DNA from: an uncultured virus (IMG/VR IMGVR_UViG_3300033066_001594)
Taxonomy: Duplodnaviria; Heunggongvirae; Uroviricota; Caudoviricetes
Strand: one strand, 5' to 3'
Length of the DNA stretch: 64,000 bases
Virus record (IMG/VR): IMGVR_UViG_3300033066_001594
Shown here: positions 46,668-55,950 of the stretch, in pieces
Position numbering within the stretch: position 1 is the stretch's first letter
Layout: each line of letters opens with the position of its first letter
Made by a program: the position numbers and the translations under genes
The notes under the pieces: model-generated
The model's input: only the letters and a program-made list of their open reading frames with translations
What the model was told of the DNA's origin: nothing
Database searches by the model: none

Positions 46668-46890
46668 ACAAACGTACTGGGAGGTATGTCATGTCAAAGA
46701 AGAAGGTCAAACAGCCCAACATTCAGAACATCCCGGTCCCAGGCGTAAACAAGCCCAGGCCGAAGTTGTTCGTAATGACGCAGAAGTTCGTCACGGCGGA
46801 CTATGCAGAGATCGAGAAAAAGATCCTTCGTCGATACGAAGGACAGTGAGTTGTCTTGCTTCACAAACGTACTGGGAGGTATGTCATGTC
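46668..46890 (+). repeat. 28-bp direct repeat ACAAACGTACTGGGAGGTATGTCATGTC (46668-46695 and 46863-46890)
   Basis: Exact duplication containing the RBS and start codon of two consecutive genes. Confidence 0.85.
46691..46849 (+). CDS. small basic protein
   Basis: GGAGG RBS inside repeat copy 1. Confidence 0.55.
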   Translation: MSKKKVKQPNIQNIPVPGVNKPRPKLFVMTQKFVTADYAEIEKKILRRYEGQ

Positions 46891-47221
46891 GAAAGCTGAA
46901 GTTCTTACCATCATCGCGTCCGTCCTTGGTGTGCTTCTTGGCTACACGATTGTTGTAGCGTATGACGGTCTGCAAGCTGACAGGGTTCAGATCCAGCGAA
47001 TTGAGCAGCTCCTGACGCAGCAACGAGCCATTGTCGCCGCCCTGAGAGAGGATCGCGATGGACTCTTGTCGACGCGTACGTACCAGCCGCTTGGCGGACA
47101 GGCAACGCTGGACAAGCTGCGAGCCGATCGGCTCAAGCTCCGCACGCAAAGCGAGATCGCTGAAGACCAGAAGGCCCAGGCTCGCCGGCTCCTCAACTGG
47201 CCGACGAAGACCACCCCATGA
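46886..47221 (+). CDS. N-terminal TM plus coiled-coil protein
   Basis: GGAGG RBS inside repeat copy 2. Confidence 0.6.
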   Translation: MSKAEVLTIIASVLGVLLGYTIVVAYDGLQADRVQIQRIEQLLTQQRAIVAALREDRDGLLSTRTYQPLGGQATLDKLRADRLKLRTQSEIAEDQKAQARRLLNWPTKTTP

Positions 47222-47237
47222 TCTGTCTGTTGCATCC

Positions 47238-47272
47238 AATGAACCGGCCGGGGAGACCCGGCCGGTTCATTT
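47238..47272 (+). terminator. perfect 15-bp hairpin with a GAGA tetraloop at the accessory/structural boundary
   Basis: AATGAACCGGCCGGG-GAGA-CCCGGCCGGTTCATT. Confidence 0.6.
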
Positions 47273-47339
47273 CTACCTCGTCTTCTTTTTCTTAGCTATC
47301 AGCCGTCCACCCTCTGTTTGGTGTACACTGTGCGGCATC

Positions 47340-48131
47340 ATGGCTTCCTCATCTGATTCAATGGACAGTGGCACACCCGCACCGGGTGGTGGTATCGTCG
47401 GTCAGAGTTATGTCCGCGTCGGCAACGGGTACATCGTCCCGCACGCCAACCCCAACCCGACGTCCGGACGCAACGTCCTGAACTTCAACCCTGACGCACC
47501 TTACCCCCAGATCGTCGACCCAGATCTTGGCGGAGGCATGACCCCTCAACCCCCTTCAACTATGAACGTCAAACCCGCCATCAAGCCGCAGCCTGTTGTC
47601 GTCCCACCGCCCCCGCCAGACCCGTTGCCGGTTCAGGGCGAATCCAGCGACGACCTGGATTCACTGCTCACCGCCATGGGCGAGGAGGCGGCCACGCACG
47701 CGGTCGACCTGCGTCCGGTGCCGACCAACCCGCACGTCCAGCAGTTGCTGGAGCAGCAGCAGTCCATGGGGACCAGGCCCACCAAGCTCCTGCAGATTGT
47801 GACCAACGTGGTCTCGCTCCCGGTCCTGTATCACAGCATCGACGTGATCACCGGGGCGGACGGCAGCACGCCCATCCTCGTGCTTGGCTGGGACACACGC
47901 TGCACCGATCAGGTCCAGCCGCCCACGTTTAAACCATGCGACTGGGACAACCCGCTTACAATACTGATTCAGGACAAGCTGCTGACCTGCATTCATCAGG
48001 GCATCAGCTTCCTGTCCCGCGGCTACCGGTACACGGTGCTGTTTTACGATCCTCAGCGAATGGTGCAGGTGTCTCATGATCAAAACGGGCAGAATCCAGG
48101 AGCAGCTAACGCCCTGCGTGGTGTGCGGTAA
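47340..48131 (+). CDS. Pro-rich hypothetical protein
   Basis: First ORF after the hairpin; MASSSDS. Confidence 0.6.
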   Translation: MASSSDSMDSGTPAPGGGIVGQSYVRVGNGYIVPHANPNPTSGRNVLNFNPDAPYPQIVDPDLGGGMTPQPPSTMNVKPAIKPQPVVVPPPPPDPLPVQGESSDDLDSLLTAMGEEAATHAVDLRPVPTNPHVQQLLEQQQSMGTRPTKLLQIVTNVVSLPVLYHSIDVITGADGSTPILVLGWDTRCTDQVQPPTFKPCDWDNPLTILIQDKLLTCIHQGISFLSRGYRYTVLFYDPQRMVQVSHDQNGQNPGAANALRGVR

Positions 48132-48288
48132 GCCTTCTGACGTCGAGTCCAACGGCAACATGTACTGTCGGGGCTGCAAGCCGGTCACCGACAAGCTTGC
48201 CTCGGACACGCCGGCCGCCACAGGCCAGGCTTCCACTCCGTTCAGTCTCGCTTCCGAACAGATGGCAAACGCTCACCGGGTGAAATAA
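48076..48288 (+). CDS. small Zn-finger protein
   Basis: CVVCG...YCRGC. Confidence 0.55.
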   Translation: MIKTGRIQEQLTPCVVCGKPSDVESNGNMYCRGCKPVTDKLASDTPAATGQASTPFSLASEQMANAHRVK

Positions 48289-50070
48289 ATGTCCCTGTTT
48301 GGCTATACCGTTGGTAACAACACGATCGACTCGCCGCGGACCTTCAACGGTCGGCAGTACCCCGATCCGTTCGTCACCTACGCCACGATGCTTATGCCCC
48401 GTACCATCGAGGATCTTCTTCGATGGTGTGAGCACTTGTGGAACCGCAACTCGACGTACGCTGCCGCCGCCTGTCGCGTGGTCAGCTACTTCGTCACGAA
48501 GGTCGAGATCCAGGACTGCCAGGACGACGACGAACGCAAGCGGTACACAAAGTTCCTGGACCAGACGCTGAAGTTGGCATCCAACGCCACGGCCGTCGGC
48601 CAGGACGTGATGGCGTACGGCAATTCGTTCACGAGCCTGTACCTGCCCTTCCGCCGGTTCCTCTCCTGCAACGGCTGCAAGTGCCAGATCCCGGTCACCA
48701 ACCTTGACTACAAGTTCGTGAACTTCAAGTTCCACTGGACGTGCAAGGGCTGCAAGACGAACAACGTCACCGAGAGGCCGATCGACCGCCGGACGATGGA
48801 AGAGGACAAGGTCCGGATCATCCGCTGGGCCCCGCTCCAGATCCGTATTCGCCACAACCCCGTGAGTCAGCGGAACGAGTACCTGTGGGACCCGCCGGTG
48901 ATGTTCAAGAAATCGATCCGCGACGGCGACCCGCACATGCTGCAGGACACGCCGTGGGAGATCATCGAGGCGATCAAGGTCAACCGGCTGTTCAGGTTCT
49001 CACCCGACGCCATCTACCACATGAAGGAAGAGGGCCTGGCGGGCATCAACCACGCCGGCTGGGGCGTCTCCCGGTTCATGCGTAACTTCACGCAGGCGTT
49101 CCACGTCCAGATCCTCAAGCTCTACAACGAGATTCTGGCCCACGAATACATCGTGCCGTTCCGCGTGATCAGCCCAAAGGCGGCCGGCGGCACGGGCAGC
49201 GATCCGATGGTCCAGCAGAACCTGAGCGGGTTCTCCTCCAGGATGCAGGGCATGCTCAAGAGCTTCCGGCGAAGCCCCGGCGGCTGGCATATCGCACCCA
49301 TGCCCATCGAATACCAGTCGCTGGGTGCCGAGGGTGTCGAGATGGCCACGCACGAGCTGATCGAGCAGGCCGAAGACTCCATGCTCAACGCGGCCGGGTT
49401 CCCGGCTGAGCTGTACAAAGGCACTCTCCAGCTGCAGGCACTGCCCGCAGCCCTTCGTCTTTTCGAGCAGCAGTGGCCTCACTTCCGGGACGGCCTGGAC
49501 GGCTGGGTTCGCTGGATCGTGACCACGCTCGCCGCGACGTTCAACTGGGAGCCGGTCTCGGCCCGCATGCAGCCGCCGTCGCTCGCCGACGACATCGAAA
49601 CCAAGCAGATGAAGCTCCAGCTCGTGGCAGCCAACCAGCTCTCGCGTCAGGCCGGCCTCACCCCGCTGGGTATCGATCCAGAGGCGGACGAAGACCAGCG
49701 TCTCGAAGAGCAGCAGCGGCTGGCCGAGAAGTCGCAGAAGATACAGGAGGAGCAGCAGCAAAAGCAGATGCTTCAGCAGCAGATCCAGAGCCAGCCCATG
49801 CAGGCTGTCGGTGCAGGCAGTGGCGGAGCCGACGGGGCGTCCACCACGCCGCAGGACATGCAGGGCCAGGCCGACCAGATTGCCAAGCAGCTCCTCTCCA
49901 TGCCGGAGAGCCAGCGTCGCAGCGAACTCGGAAAGATCCGGAAGTCGGACGAGACGTTGTGGGCTCTGGTCAAGAGCAAGATGGACCAGACACGCAGCGA
50001 GGGCGAGAGCCAGGGTCGCCAGCAGATGTATCAGCAGATGCAGGCTGCCGCCCAGCAAGGGCAGCAATGA
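48289..50070 (+). CDS. probable portal protein with an inserted Zn ribbon
   Basis: 593 aa; early helices then GQDVMAYGNSF and beta strands (portal-like layout), CNGC...CKGC insert, Gln-rich C-terminal helices; heads the structural module. Confidence 0.55.
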   Translation: MSLFGYTVGNNTIDSPRTFNGRQYPDPFVTYATMLMPRTIEDLLRWCEHLWNRNSTYAAAACRVVSYFVTKVEIQDCQDDDERKRYTKFLDQTLKLASNATAVGQDVMAYGNSFTSLYLPFRRFLSCNGCKCQIPVTNLDYKFVNFKFHWTCKGCKTNNVTERPIDRRTMEEDKVRIIRWAPLQIRIRHNPVSQRNEYLWDPPVMFKKSIRDGDPHMLQDTPWEIIEAIKVNRLFRFSPDAIYHMKEEGLAGINHAGWGVSRFMRNFTQAFHVQILKLYNEILAHEYIVPFRVISPKAAGGTGSDPMVQQNLSGFSSRMQGMLKSFRRSPGGWHIAPMPIEYQSLGAEGVEMATHELIEQAEDSMLNAAGFPAELYKGTLQLQALPAALRLFEQQWPHFRDGLDGWVRWIVTTLAATFNWEPVSARMQPPSLADDIETKQMKLQLVAANQLSRQAGLTPLGIDPEADEDQRLEEQQRLAEKSQKIQEEQQQKQMLQQQIQSQPMQAVGAGSGGADGASTTPQDMQGQADQIAKQLLSMPESQRRSELGKIRKSDETLWALVKSKMDQTRSEGESQGRQQMYQQMQAAAQQGQQ

Positions 50071-50228
50071 GCGTCCTGTGGCTCAAGCTCCTGGGTGCCG
50101 CGGTCGCAGCGATCCTGCTGACGCTCGTGGAGGTCAAGGTGTTCGCGTGGATGCGTAAACGCTACCGGGCGTACAGGTCTGACGAAGACGCGACCTACAT
50201 CAGCGACATTGGACGGTATCGTCATTAG
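50067..50228 (+). CDS. small membrane protein
   Basis: ATGA overlap with the portal stop; TM helix then RKRYR. Confidence 0.55.
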   Translation: MSVLWLKLLGAAVAAILLTLVEVKVFAWMRKRYRAYRSDEDATYISDIGRYRH

Positions 50229-50238
50229 GAGAGATCCC

Positions 50239-50751
50239 ATGGACCGGCTCCGCGAGGCCGCCTGGCTGCTGGATACGGCTTATCGTGCGATGCAGCTGGC
50301 ACAGCGGCTTTCGCCGGGCTGTCTGGACACACTTAAGGAAAGACTGATCATGTCTACAACCACTGACAAGGTTCGCCAGCTCATTCAACAAGTCTCGACG
50401 TTGGTCAGCTCCAACGCTGCCCTGCAGGCCCAGGTCGCTGCCAAGGACACGCAGATCACCACGCTGACCACGCAGCTCGACGACAAGACGACGGAAGTGG
50501 CGACGCTGACGGCCCAGGTCAGCCAGCTGACGACCGCCGTGTCCACGCTGCAGGCCCAGCAGGTGTCGCTGACCGCCAGCATCGATACCGTGCAGCAGGC
50601 GTCGGACGCCAAGGACGCGGCACTGGCCACGGCCAACGATACGATCGCCGCCAAGAACATACAGATCGCCGAGCTCCAGGCGTCGTCGCTCGACACGGCA
50701 CTGGCCCAGGAAGTCGATGATGCCCTGGACGCTATCCAAGGACAGCCGTAA
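50239..50751 (+). CDS. long coiled-coil protein (alternative start 50350)
   Basis: Thr/Ala/Gln-rich heptad repeats. Confidence 0.65.
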   Translation: MDRLREAAWLLDTAYRAMQLAQRLSPGCLDTLKERLIMSTTTDKVRQLIQQVSTLVSSNAALQAQVAAKDTQITTLTTQLDDKTTEVATLTAQVSQLTTAVSTLQAQQVSLTASIDTVQQASDAKDAALATANDTIAAKNIQIAELQASSLDTALAQEVDDALDAIQGQP

Positions 50752-50784
50752 ACAAGCGGATCGATCTTGAACTACAATGTGGGC

Positions 50785-51948
50785 ATGAGTCCGCAAACGC
50801 GACATCAAATCAAGCTGGCCTTCTGGGGTACCAAGGTGGCGGCGGCCTGTAAAGACGGGCCGCCGCCATTTGGTCATTCCAGGACGCAAGGTTCATCCAT
50901 CCGCGAGAAGCTGGCCGCGGCTCTGTCCAAGCGACGCAACGTGCTCCTGCCTCACCACCTGGGCCGCAAAGTCACCAAGAAGGCGTCTGTCGAGGAGTGG
51001 GGCAACACGCTCAAGAACCTTGGCAACCAGGCGACGACCGGTCTCAAGGGACTGAGTGATAAGGCGAATCAGGCGTTCGGCGGGACGGGCTGGCAGGCAC
51101 CGGCGATCGGTGCGGGTATGGGTGCGGGCATAGGCCTGATCGGCTCGGACAAGAACAAGACACGCAACACGCTGATCGGTGCGGCGGCCGGCGGCCTGGC
51201 TGGCCTGGGCATGAACACGTTCAAGCAGCACCAGCAACCACAACAGCCTGCTGGCGTTCCCACACCACAGACTGAACCGCAGGCCGGGGCTGCCGGCCCG
51301 GTGTCGTCGGCTGACGTGGCTCCTGGTGTGTTCGGCAGTGACCTGGGAGGACTCGTCGTGCCGGGTGCCGCCCTCACGGCAGGGCTGAGGTCATCAGCAG
51401 GCTGGGCTGTGCCCACGGTCGCGGGACTCGGTAACGACTTGAGTGCGGCTATCCGTGACGGTCATGGTAACATATTCAAGGGTCTGAACACCCGGGCGAA
51501 CAACCTTCTGGCCAACAAGGCCGAGACCAACAACTACGGCAGTGAAATGCTGTCACGTGCCACGGATGAGATTGGCAACTACGCGACGGGGCAGACGCCG
51601 GTAGCTTCCAACTTCGTGGCCATGGGCAAACACCTCGGGCGGGCGGCAACGGACAACACGCCGGTCGCCGGCTCGGCGTACGGCGATTCCTCTTCTGCAC
51701 TGGCGAACCAGGCCAACAAGCTGACGGCCAGTCTCAGCCAGCCGGCCCAGGGTCGTTTCGCGTACGAGGTGGCACCGAACGGTCGGACGATCCTGCGGGA
51801 CACGACCAACCAGGCAGCCGTACCGCGTAACATACAGGAGTTGCAGCAGCTTCAGTCCCAGAGCCCGGCGACGGCCCAGCAGCTGCTCGCCGCTCTCAAA
51901 CAGTACATGCCTGATCGTTATCAGGAACTGACGCAGCCCACAGCCTAA
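50785..51948 (+). CDS. putative internal virion protein with glycine zippers and K-x-A motifs
   Basis: GAGMGAGIGLIG, GAAAGGLAGLG; KLAF, KVAA, KLAA, KKAS. Confidence 0.65.
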   Translation: MSPQTRHQIKLAFWGTKVAAACKDGPPPFGHSRTQGSSIREKLAAALSKRRNVLLPHHLGRKVTKKASVEEWGNTLKNLGNQATTGLKGLSDKANQAFGGTGWQAPAIGAGMGAGIGLIGSDKNKTRNTLIGAAAGGLAGLGMNTFKQHQQPQQPAGVPTPQTEPQAGAAGPVSSADVAPGVFGSDLGGLVVPGAALTAGLRSSAGWAVPTVAGLGNDLSAAIRDGHGNIFKGLNTRANNLLANKAETNNYGSEMLSRATDEIGNYATGQTPVASNFVAMGKHLGRAATDNTPVAGSAYGDSSSALANQANKLTASLSQPAQGRFAYEVAPNGRTILRDTTNQAAVPRNIQELQQLQSQSPATAQQLLAALKQYMPDRYQELTQPTA

Positions 51949-51962
51949 AGGACACAGCGACC

Positions 51963-53666
51963 ATGACCCCCAACGTCCCACTCGAAACACGAATCTCGCG
52001 TACGGCCCGCTATCTCGAGGGCGTGATGAAGGCGGGGCTCGAAGCCGGCCTTGACACCGAGAAGCTGGCCTGTCTTTGTCAGGATGCCGGCGACGCGTTC
52101 TGCGTTCAGCAGTTCGGCATACCCATGATGGTGAAGCGTGCGGTTGCCAGCCCGCCCATTCCCGGCGGACCCAACCTCGCCGATCCTGCCGCGTGGGGTG
52201 GGGGCGGTCAGCAACAGTCCAACGCGTCGAACAATTCACAACAGCCGCAGCCCGGTCAGCCGCCGGTGGCCCCGCCGCCGCCCGGCCCGACGCTCCAGAA
52301 CCCACAGGGCGTCGCACCGCTGCCGCACCGCTACAACTTCCACCTCGACGACACCGTGCACCGCATCCGCCGCGACCAGATCGCTTACGCACAGAAGAAG
52401 CAGCGTGAGAGCCAGGAAGCCCAGCACTATGCGGGCGGGCCTGGCCTTGACGGCATCGCTCAGACGATGGACCCCAACGGACAAGCTGGTCAGATGGCTC
52501 AGACGCCGGCACTGGGTTCGCCTCCTGCAAGTGGTCCGTCGTCCACCAAGGCAGCGAGCATTGCCAATGACGCTATTGCAGGTGCCACGCTCGGAGGAGC
52601 CGCGGCAGCGGGCCTCGTCATCTCCAACTGGCTGGCCAATCGACGACAGGCCAAGACAGCTGCCGCCCAGCCCGTACCGTTCCATCAGCTGGGGAGGGAC
52701 ACACAGAACCACCTAGTGGCGGTGCACATGTTTCACCAGCGGAATCCTGAATACCAGGTCAGCAATCAGACTTATCTGACGTATAAGCCGTTCCTCGATC
52801 GAGCTGTACCCCCCAACGGCCATACGCGGGGTTCGAGGGCCTTGGGTGCACTCAAGGACGTCGGCTACGGCGTGGGTCTTGGGGCTGCCATACTTGGAGC
52901 TGGCTACGGAGTTTCTCAGCTGACAAAGAGTGCCAGCGATGCTCATTCGATCGCAGCGTCCGCCGGTCAGGTACTCGGTAACACCGTACGGGGCAACCAG
53001 TGGGCAGCACCGTTGATCGGGGCTGGCTTCGGGGCTACAGTCGGCGGACTGGGCGGACTTCTTAAGGGCGGGATACTCGGAGCGATCTCTGGGCCAAAAG
53101 GTGAACGTGGACGATACGCCAAGCGAGTCGGCGTAACTCATGGCATTTTGAGTGGCCTGGGCGGTGCGGCCTCCGGGGCTCTGATGGGTGCCGCGTACAA
53201 CGCACAGGCAAACCAGGCTGGCGGCGTCAAGCAGGGCAACGTCGGCTTCCAGGCTGGACAGAGGCAGGATGGAGCGTATAAAACCGCGTCGTTCGCCGCA
53301 CGTGTGCTGACGAACCAGATCAAAACCGCGAATATAGATGAAGCACTTACTGCGGCTCTGGGCGGAGGTGCCGGGGCAGTGGTAACGGCCCCCGTTGGCG
53401 GTCTCATCGGGTTGATCAGGGCCAAGGCAGCCGGAAAGTCGGGACGACGTGGGGTTCTTCACGGTGCTATTCTCGGCGGAACCCTCGGAGCTACACGAGG
53501 TGCTATCGGCGGCTGGAATAACCCAGTACCGTGGAGTGAACTCGGTACGCCGCAAATGCCGCCGGGCTGGACTCCAGGAACACCGATTCAACCGTTTGAC
53601 ATGCTGCCACCGCAGCCGCCTATCGCCCCAGAGTATCAGTTTGATCAGGACCCGTTACACGCTTAA
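51963..53666 (+). CDS. putative internal virion polyprotein with multiple glycine-zipper modules and K-x-A motifs
   Basis: Modules start after KAAS, KTAA, KSAS, KTAS, KTAN. Confidence 0.65.
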   Translation: MTPNVPLETRISRTARYLEGVMKAGLEAGLDTEKLACLCQDAGDAFCVQQFGIPMMVKRAVASPPIPGGPNLADPAAWGGGGQQQSNASNNSQQPQPGQPPVAPPPPGPTLQNPQGVAPLPHRYNFHLDDTVHRIRRDQIAYAQKKQRESQEAQHYAGGPGLDGIAQTMDPNGQAGQMAQTPALGSPPASGPSSTKAASIANDAIAGATLGGAAAAGLVISNWLANRRQAKTAAAQPVPFHQLGRDTQNHLVAVHMFHQRNPEYQVSNQTYLTYKPFLDRAVPPNGHTRGSRALGALKDVGYGVGLGAAILGAGYGVSQLTKSASDAHSIAASAGQVLGNTVRGNQWAAPLIGAGFGATVGGLGGLLKGGILGAISGPKGERGRYAKRVGVTHGILSGLGGAASGALMGAAYNAQANQAGGVKQGNVGFQAGQRQDGAYKTASFAARVLTNQIKTANIDEALTAALGGGAGAVVTAPVGGLIGLIRAKAAGKSGRRGVLHGAILGGTLGATRGAIGGWNNPVPWSELGTPQMPPGWTPGTPIQPFDMLPPQPPIAPEYQFDQDPLHA

Positions 53667-53675
53667 TGGTTATCA

Positions 53676-54866
53676 ATGAAACCACTCGAGATCTACGACA
53701 AGGTGATCGGCCGGCAGCCCGGCTTGTACGGTCCGCTCCACGGGGCAGGACCGGCAGCCGTTGGCCGGGCCGTCCTCGGGGCGGGCATCGGCTACGGGGC
53801 CGGCAAGCTCTTTGGTGGTACACAGAAGACCAAGCGAAACCTCGCACTCGGCGGAGCGGTGGCCAGCCTTGTTCCCAGTGGTCTGGATATGGCGACGATG
53901 CACGGACTGGGTAAGGGGATGAATGATCCGTTCCCTTATGCCCCACCTGTCCAATCTGTCCAACCTGTCTCGCCTGTCGCCCCGCCCAAGGTCGCTAAAG
54001 ACCTGAGCTGGGTGGGCGTGCAGATCCCCGGGCACCTTCGCAAGCGAATCCGCGAGATGGCCAAGGGCGTTGCTGATGAAGACCTGGTCCCGGCAAAGAT
54101 CAAGAACTACGGGCAGGGACGGGAGATGAACCCGCACGTCACCGTGCTCTATGGGCTCCGCACCAAGGACCCCAAGAAAGTTGAGCCGGTAGTGAAGGGG
54201 AAATATCCCCGCATCCCGTTCCGCCTGGGAGCCATCAGTACTTTCGAGAAGCCTGATTACGATGTGCTCAAGATTGACGTGCACTCAGGCGACCGGCTCA
54301 AGGGTCTTTACAACCATCTCAAGTCCAACCTGCCTAACGCCGACGTGCACCCCACGTATCACCCGCACGTGACGCTGGCGTACCTGCGTAAGGGCGTGGC
54401 CCAGAAGTACGTGGGCTCTCACCCGCTTCGCGACCAGAAGGTGGAGGTGAACAAGGTCCGCTTCTCGACCTCGGACCGCGACAACACCGACATCAAGCTG
54501 GCCACGGCCATGGACACGATGGCCGAGATCGCCCCGGCCCAGTACAGCCCCGTCTACTTCCCGTTCGAACCAGGACAGGACCACATCTCGGTCAACGGGG
54601 CAGCCAACGCCGTGCTCGCCGATCCCAAGATGTCGCTGTCGCAGAAGGCCGTTGCGTTCGACGTGCTCAGCAAGGCGGCCGATGGTCGGGACAGCGGACT
54701 GATCACAAAGAATGACCTGGTGCGTGGGGCATTGGGTGCGGGCATGGGCTATGTCGCGGCCCAGACGATGGGCCGCGTGCTCGGTGCCGTGTTCGGGCTG
54801 GATCGGACCAGCCAGCGTCGGCTCTCGCAGGCCGGGGCGTTGGGCGGATTGTTCAACAGTCTTTGA
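53676..54866 (+). CDS. glycine-zipper protein with a central 2H phosphoesterase (Acb1/2'-5' RNA ligase-like) domain
   Basis: Two HxT motifs (PHVTVLYG at 54132, PHVTLAY at 54363), YDVLKIDV; glycine zippers on both flanks. Confidence 0.8.
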   Translation: MKPLEIYDKVIGRQPGLYGPLHGAGPAAVGRAVLGAGIGYGAGKLFGGTQKTKRNLALGGAVASLVPSGLDMATMHGLGKGMNDPFPYAPPVQSVQPVSPVAPPKVAKDLSWVGVQIPGHLRKRIREMAKGVADEDLVPAKIKNYGQGREMNPHVTVLYGLRTKDPKKVEPVVKGKYPRIPFRLGAISTFEKPDYDVLKIDVHSGDRLKGLYNHLKSNLPNADVHPTYHPHVTLAYLRKGVAQKYVGSHPLRDQKVEVNKVRFSTSDRDNTDIKLATAMDTMAEIAPAQYSPVYFPFEPGQDHISVNGAANAVLADPKMSLSQKAVAFDVLSKAADGRDSGLITKNDLVRGALGAGMGYVAAQTMGRVLGAVFGLDRTSQRRLSQAGALGGLFNSL

Positions 54867-54877
54867 TAAGAGCCACG

Positions 54878-55171
54878 ATGCTGGGTAAACGGAAAGACCT
54901 CGTCAAGCTTGCAAGTGGTATCTACGACTTGATGCAACCTGGTGAGTACGGCAAAGACGAGGATGGCGTGTGGTATTGCTGTGCCCCTGCACCTGTTGAC
55001 AAGGACGGGTTTGGATTCCACGGGACACTCGGCGACGGCAAGGGCGACCGTGGTCACATTGTGACCGAGCATGAAGACGGGACAATCACTGTCTTTCCTT
55101 CGATTCTCATTACTCGTCACGACGGGTCTTGGCATGGCTACCTTGAACGGGGCATCTGGCGTCAGTGCTGA
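54878..55171 (+). CDS. DUF6527-like protein
   Basis: TITVFPSIL....WHGYLERG.W. Confidence 0.55.
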   Translation: MLGKRKDLVKLASGIYDLMQPGEYGKDEDGVWYCCAPAPVDKDGFGFHGTLGDGKGDRGHIVTEHEDGTITVFPSILITRHDGSWHGYLERGIWRQC

Positions 55172-55184
55172 TAGGATAAGTCAC

Positions 55185-55589
55185 ATGGACAAGATTGCTT
55201 TTCGTCGCGGTTTCCTCCTGGCCCTCGCTTCTTATGGCCTGGGCCCGGAAGAGTTTGGTCGTCTCGTTGCTGAGAAGCAGTCGGGTGTGAAGACCGCGTT
55301 CAATCCGGTGAACCTTCTTGATCCGTTCGTCGCCGCGGGCATTGGTGTCCCGTTGGCCTTGGGCACGCTTGCGGCCCGTCACAACGCTGACGGTGACGCA
55401 AACAATCTATACAGGCGGACGCGGATCAAGTACAACCCTATCAACGACGTTTCGAATGAACTGGCCCAGGCCACACGCCGGCTCCAGACGCTGAAGGATC
55501 GTCGTCAGCCCAAACCGGAGCTCCCGCGTGTCACAAGCCCAGCCCTCGGCAGCGAATCCTATCTACAACCGCTTCCGCCAGCCCGATGA
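55185..55589 (+). CDS. putative virion protein with K-x-A motifs
   Basis: MDKIAFRRGFL...VKTAF, hydrophobic Gly segment. Confidence 0.6.
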   Translation: MDKIAFRRGFLLALASYGLGPEEFGRLVAEKQSGVKTAFNPVNLLDPFVAAGIGVPLALGTLAARHNADGDANNLYRRTRIKYNPINDVSNELAQATRRLQTLKDRRQPKPELPRVTSPALGSESYLQPLPPAR

Positions 55590-55950
55590 GAGAACCCGCC
55601 GATACTTCGCGGCAGACCCCGGCGTCGAGTTCCGCGGACAAGTCCCCCTTATCAATGCCGACGACCCGAACCAGCCGCAGGAGTTCATGGACGGCATGGC
55701 TCGGGTCTTCAACCTTGCAGATCCCCAGCAGGCCAAGGATTACAATGAGGTGATCAACAAGGTCGCACGAGGCATCGCGATCCTGTGTAGGGAGGATGTA
55801 ACGTTCAGCGAGAAGACGGACAACTACGTGATCTACGCTCGCTGGATGGAACGGTTTTACGCGATGCCCGACTACACACAGAAAGAGACCAACGGTGCAG
55901 CCCAAACTCAGCCCACTCCGAACGCTCCAGTCGCCCAGATTTCTGTCTAA
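55528..55950 (+). CDS. hypothetical protein
   Basis: RVFNLAD....DYNEVIN...YARW.E. Confidence 0.6.
   Translation: MSQAQPSAANPIYNRFRQPDERTRRYFAADPGVEFRGQVPLINADDPNQPQEFMDGMARVFNLADPQQAKDYNEVINKVARGIAILCREDVTFSEKTDNYVIYARWMERFYAMPDYTQKETNGAAQTQPTPNAPVAQISV

Noticed and set aside
3023..46849. Repeated MAKKKK-type N-termini and KKRK C-termini resembling nuclear localisation signals
   Set aside because: A-rich, Lys-rich starts are common in phage genes, and nothing else points to a eukaryotic host.
43293..47221. Holin/spanin lysis cassette from the small membrane proteins
   Set aside because: Topology alone is not diagnostic, and no endolysin or lipoprotein o-spanin was recognised nearby.
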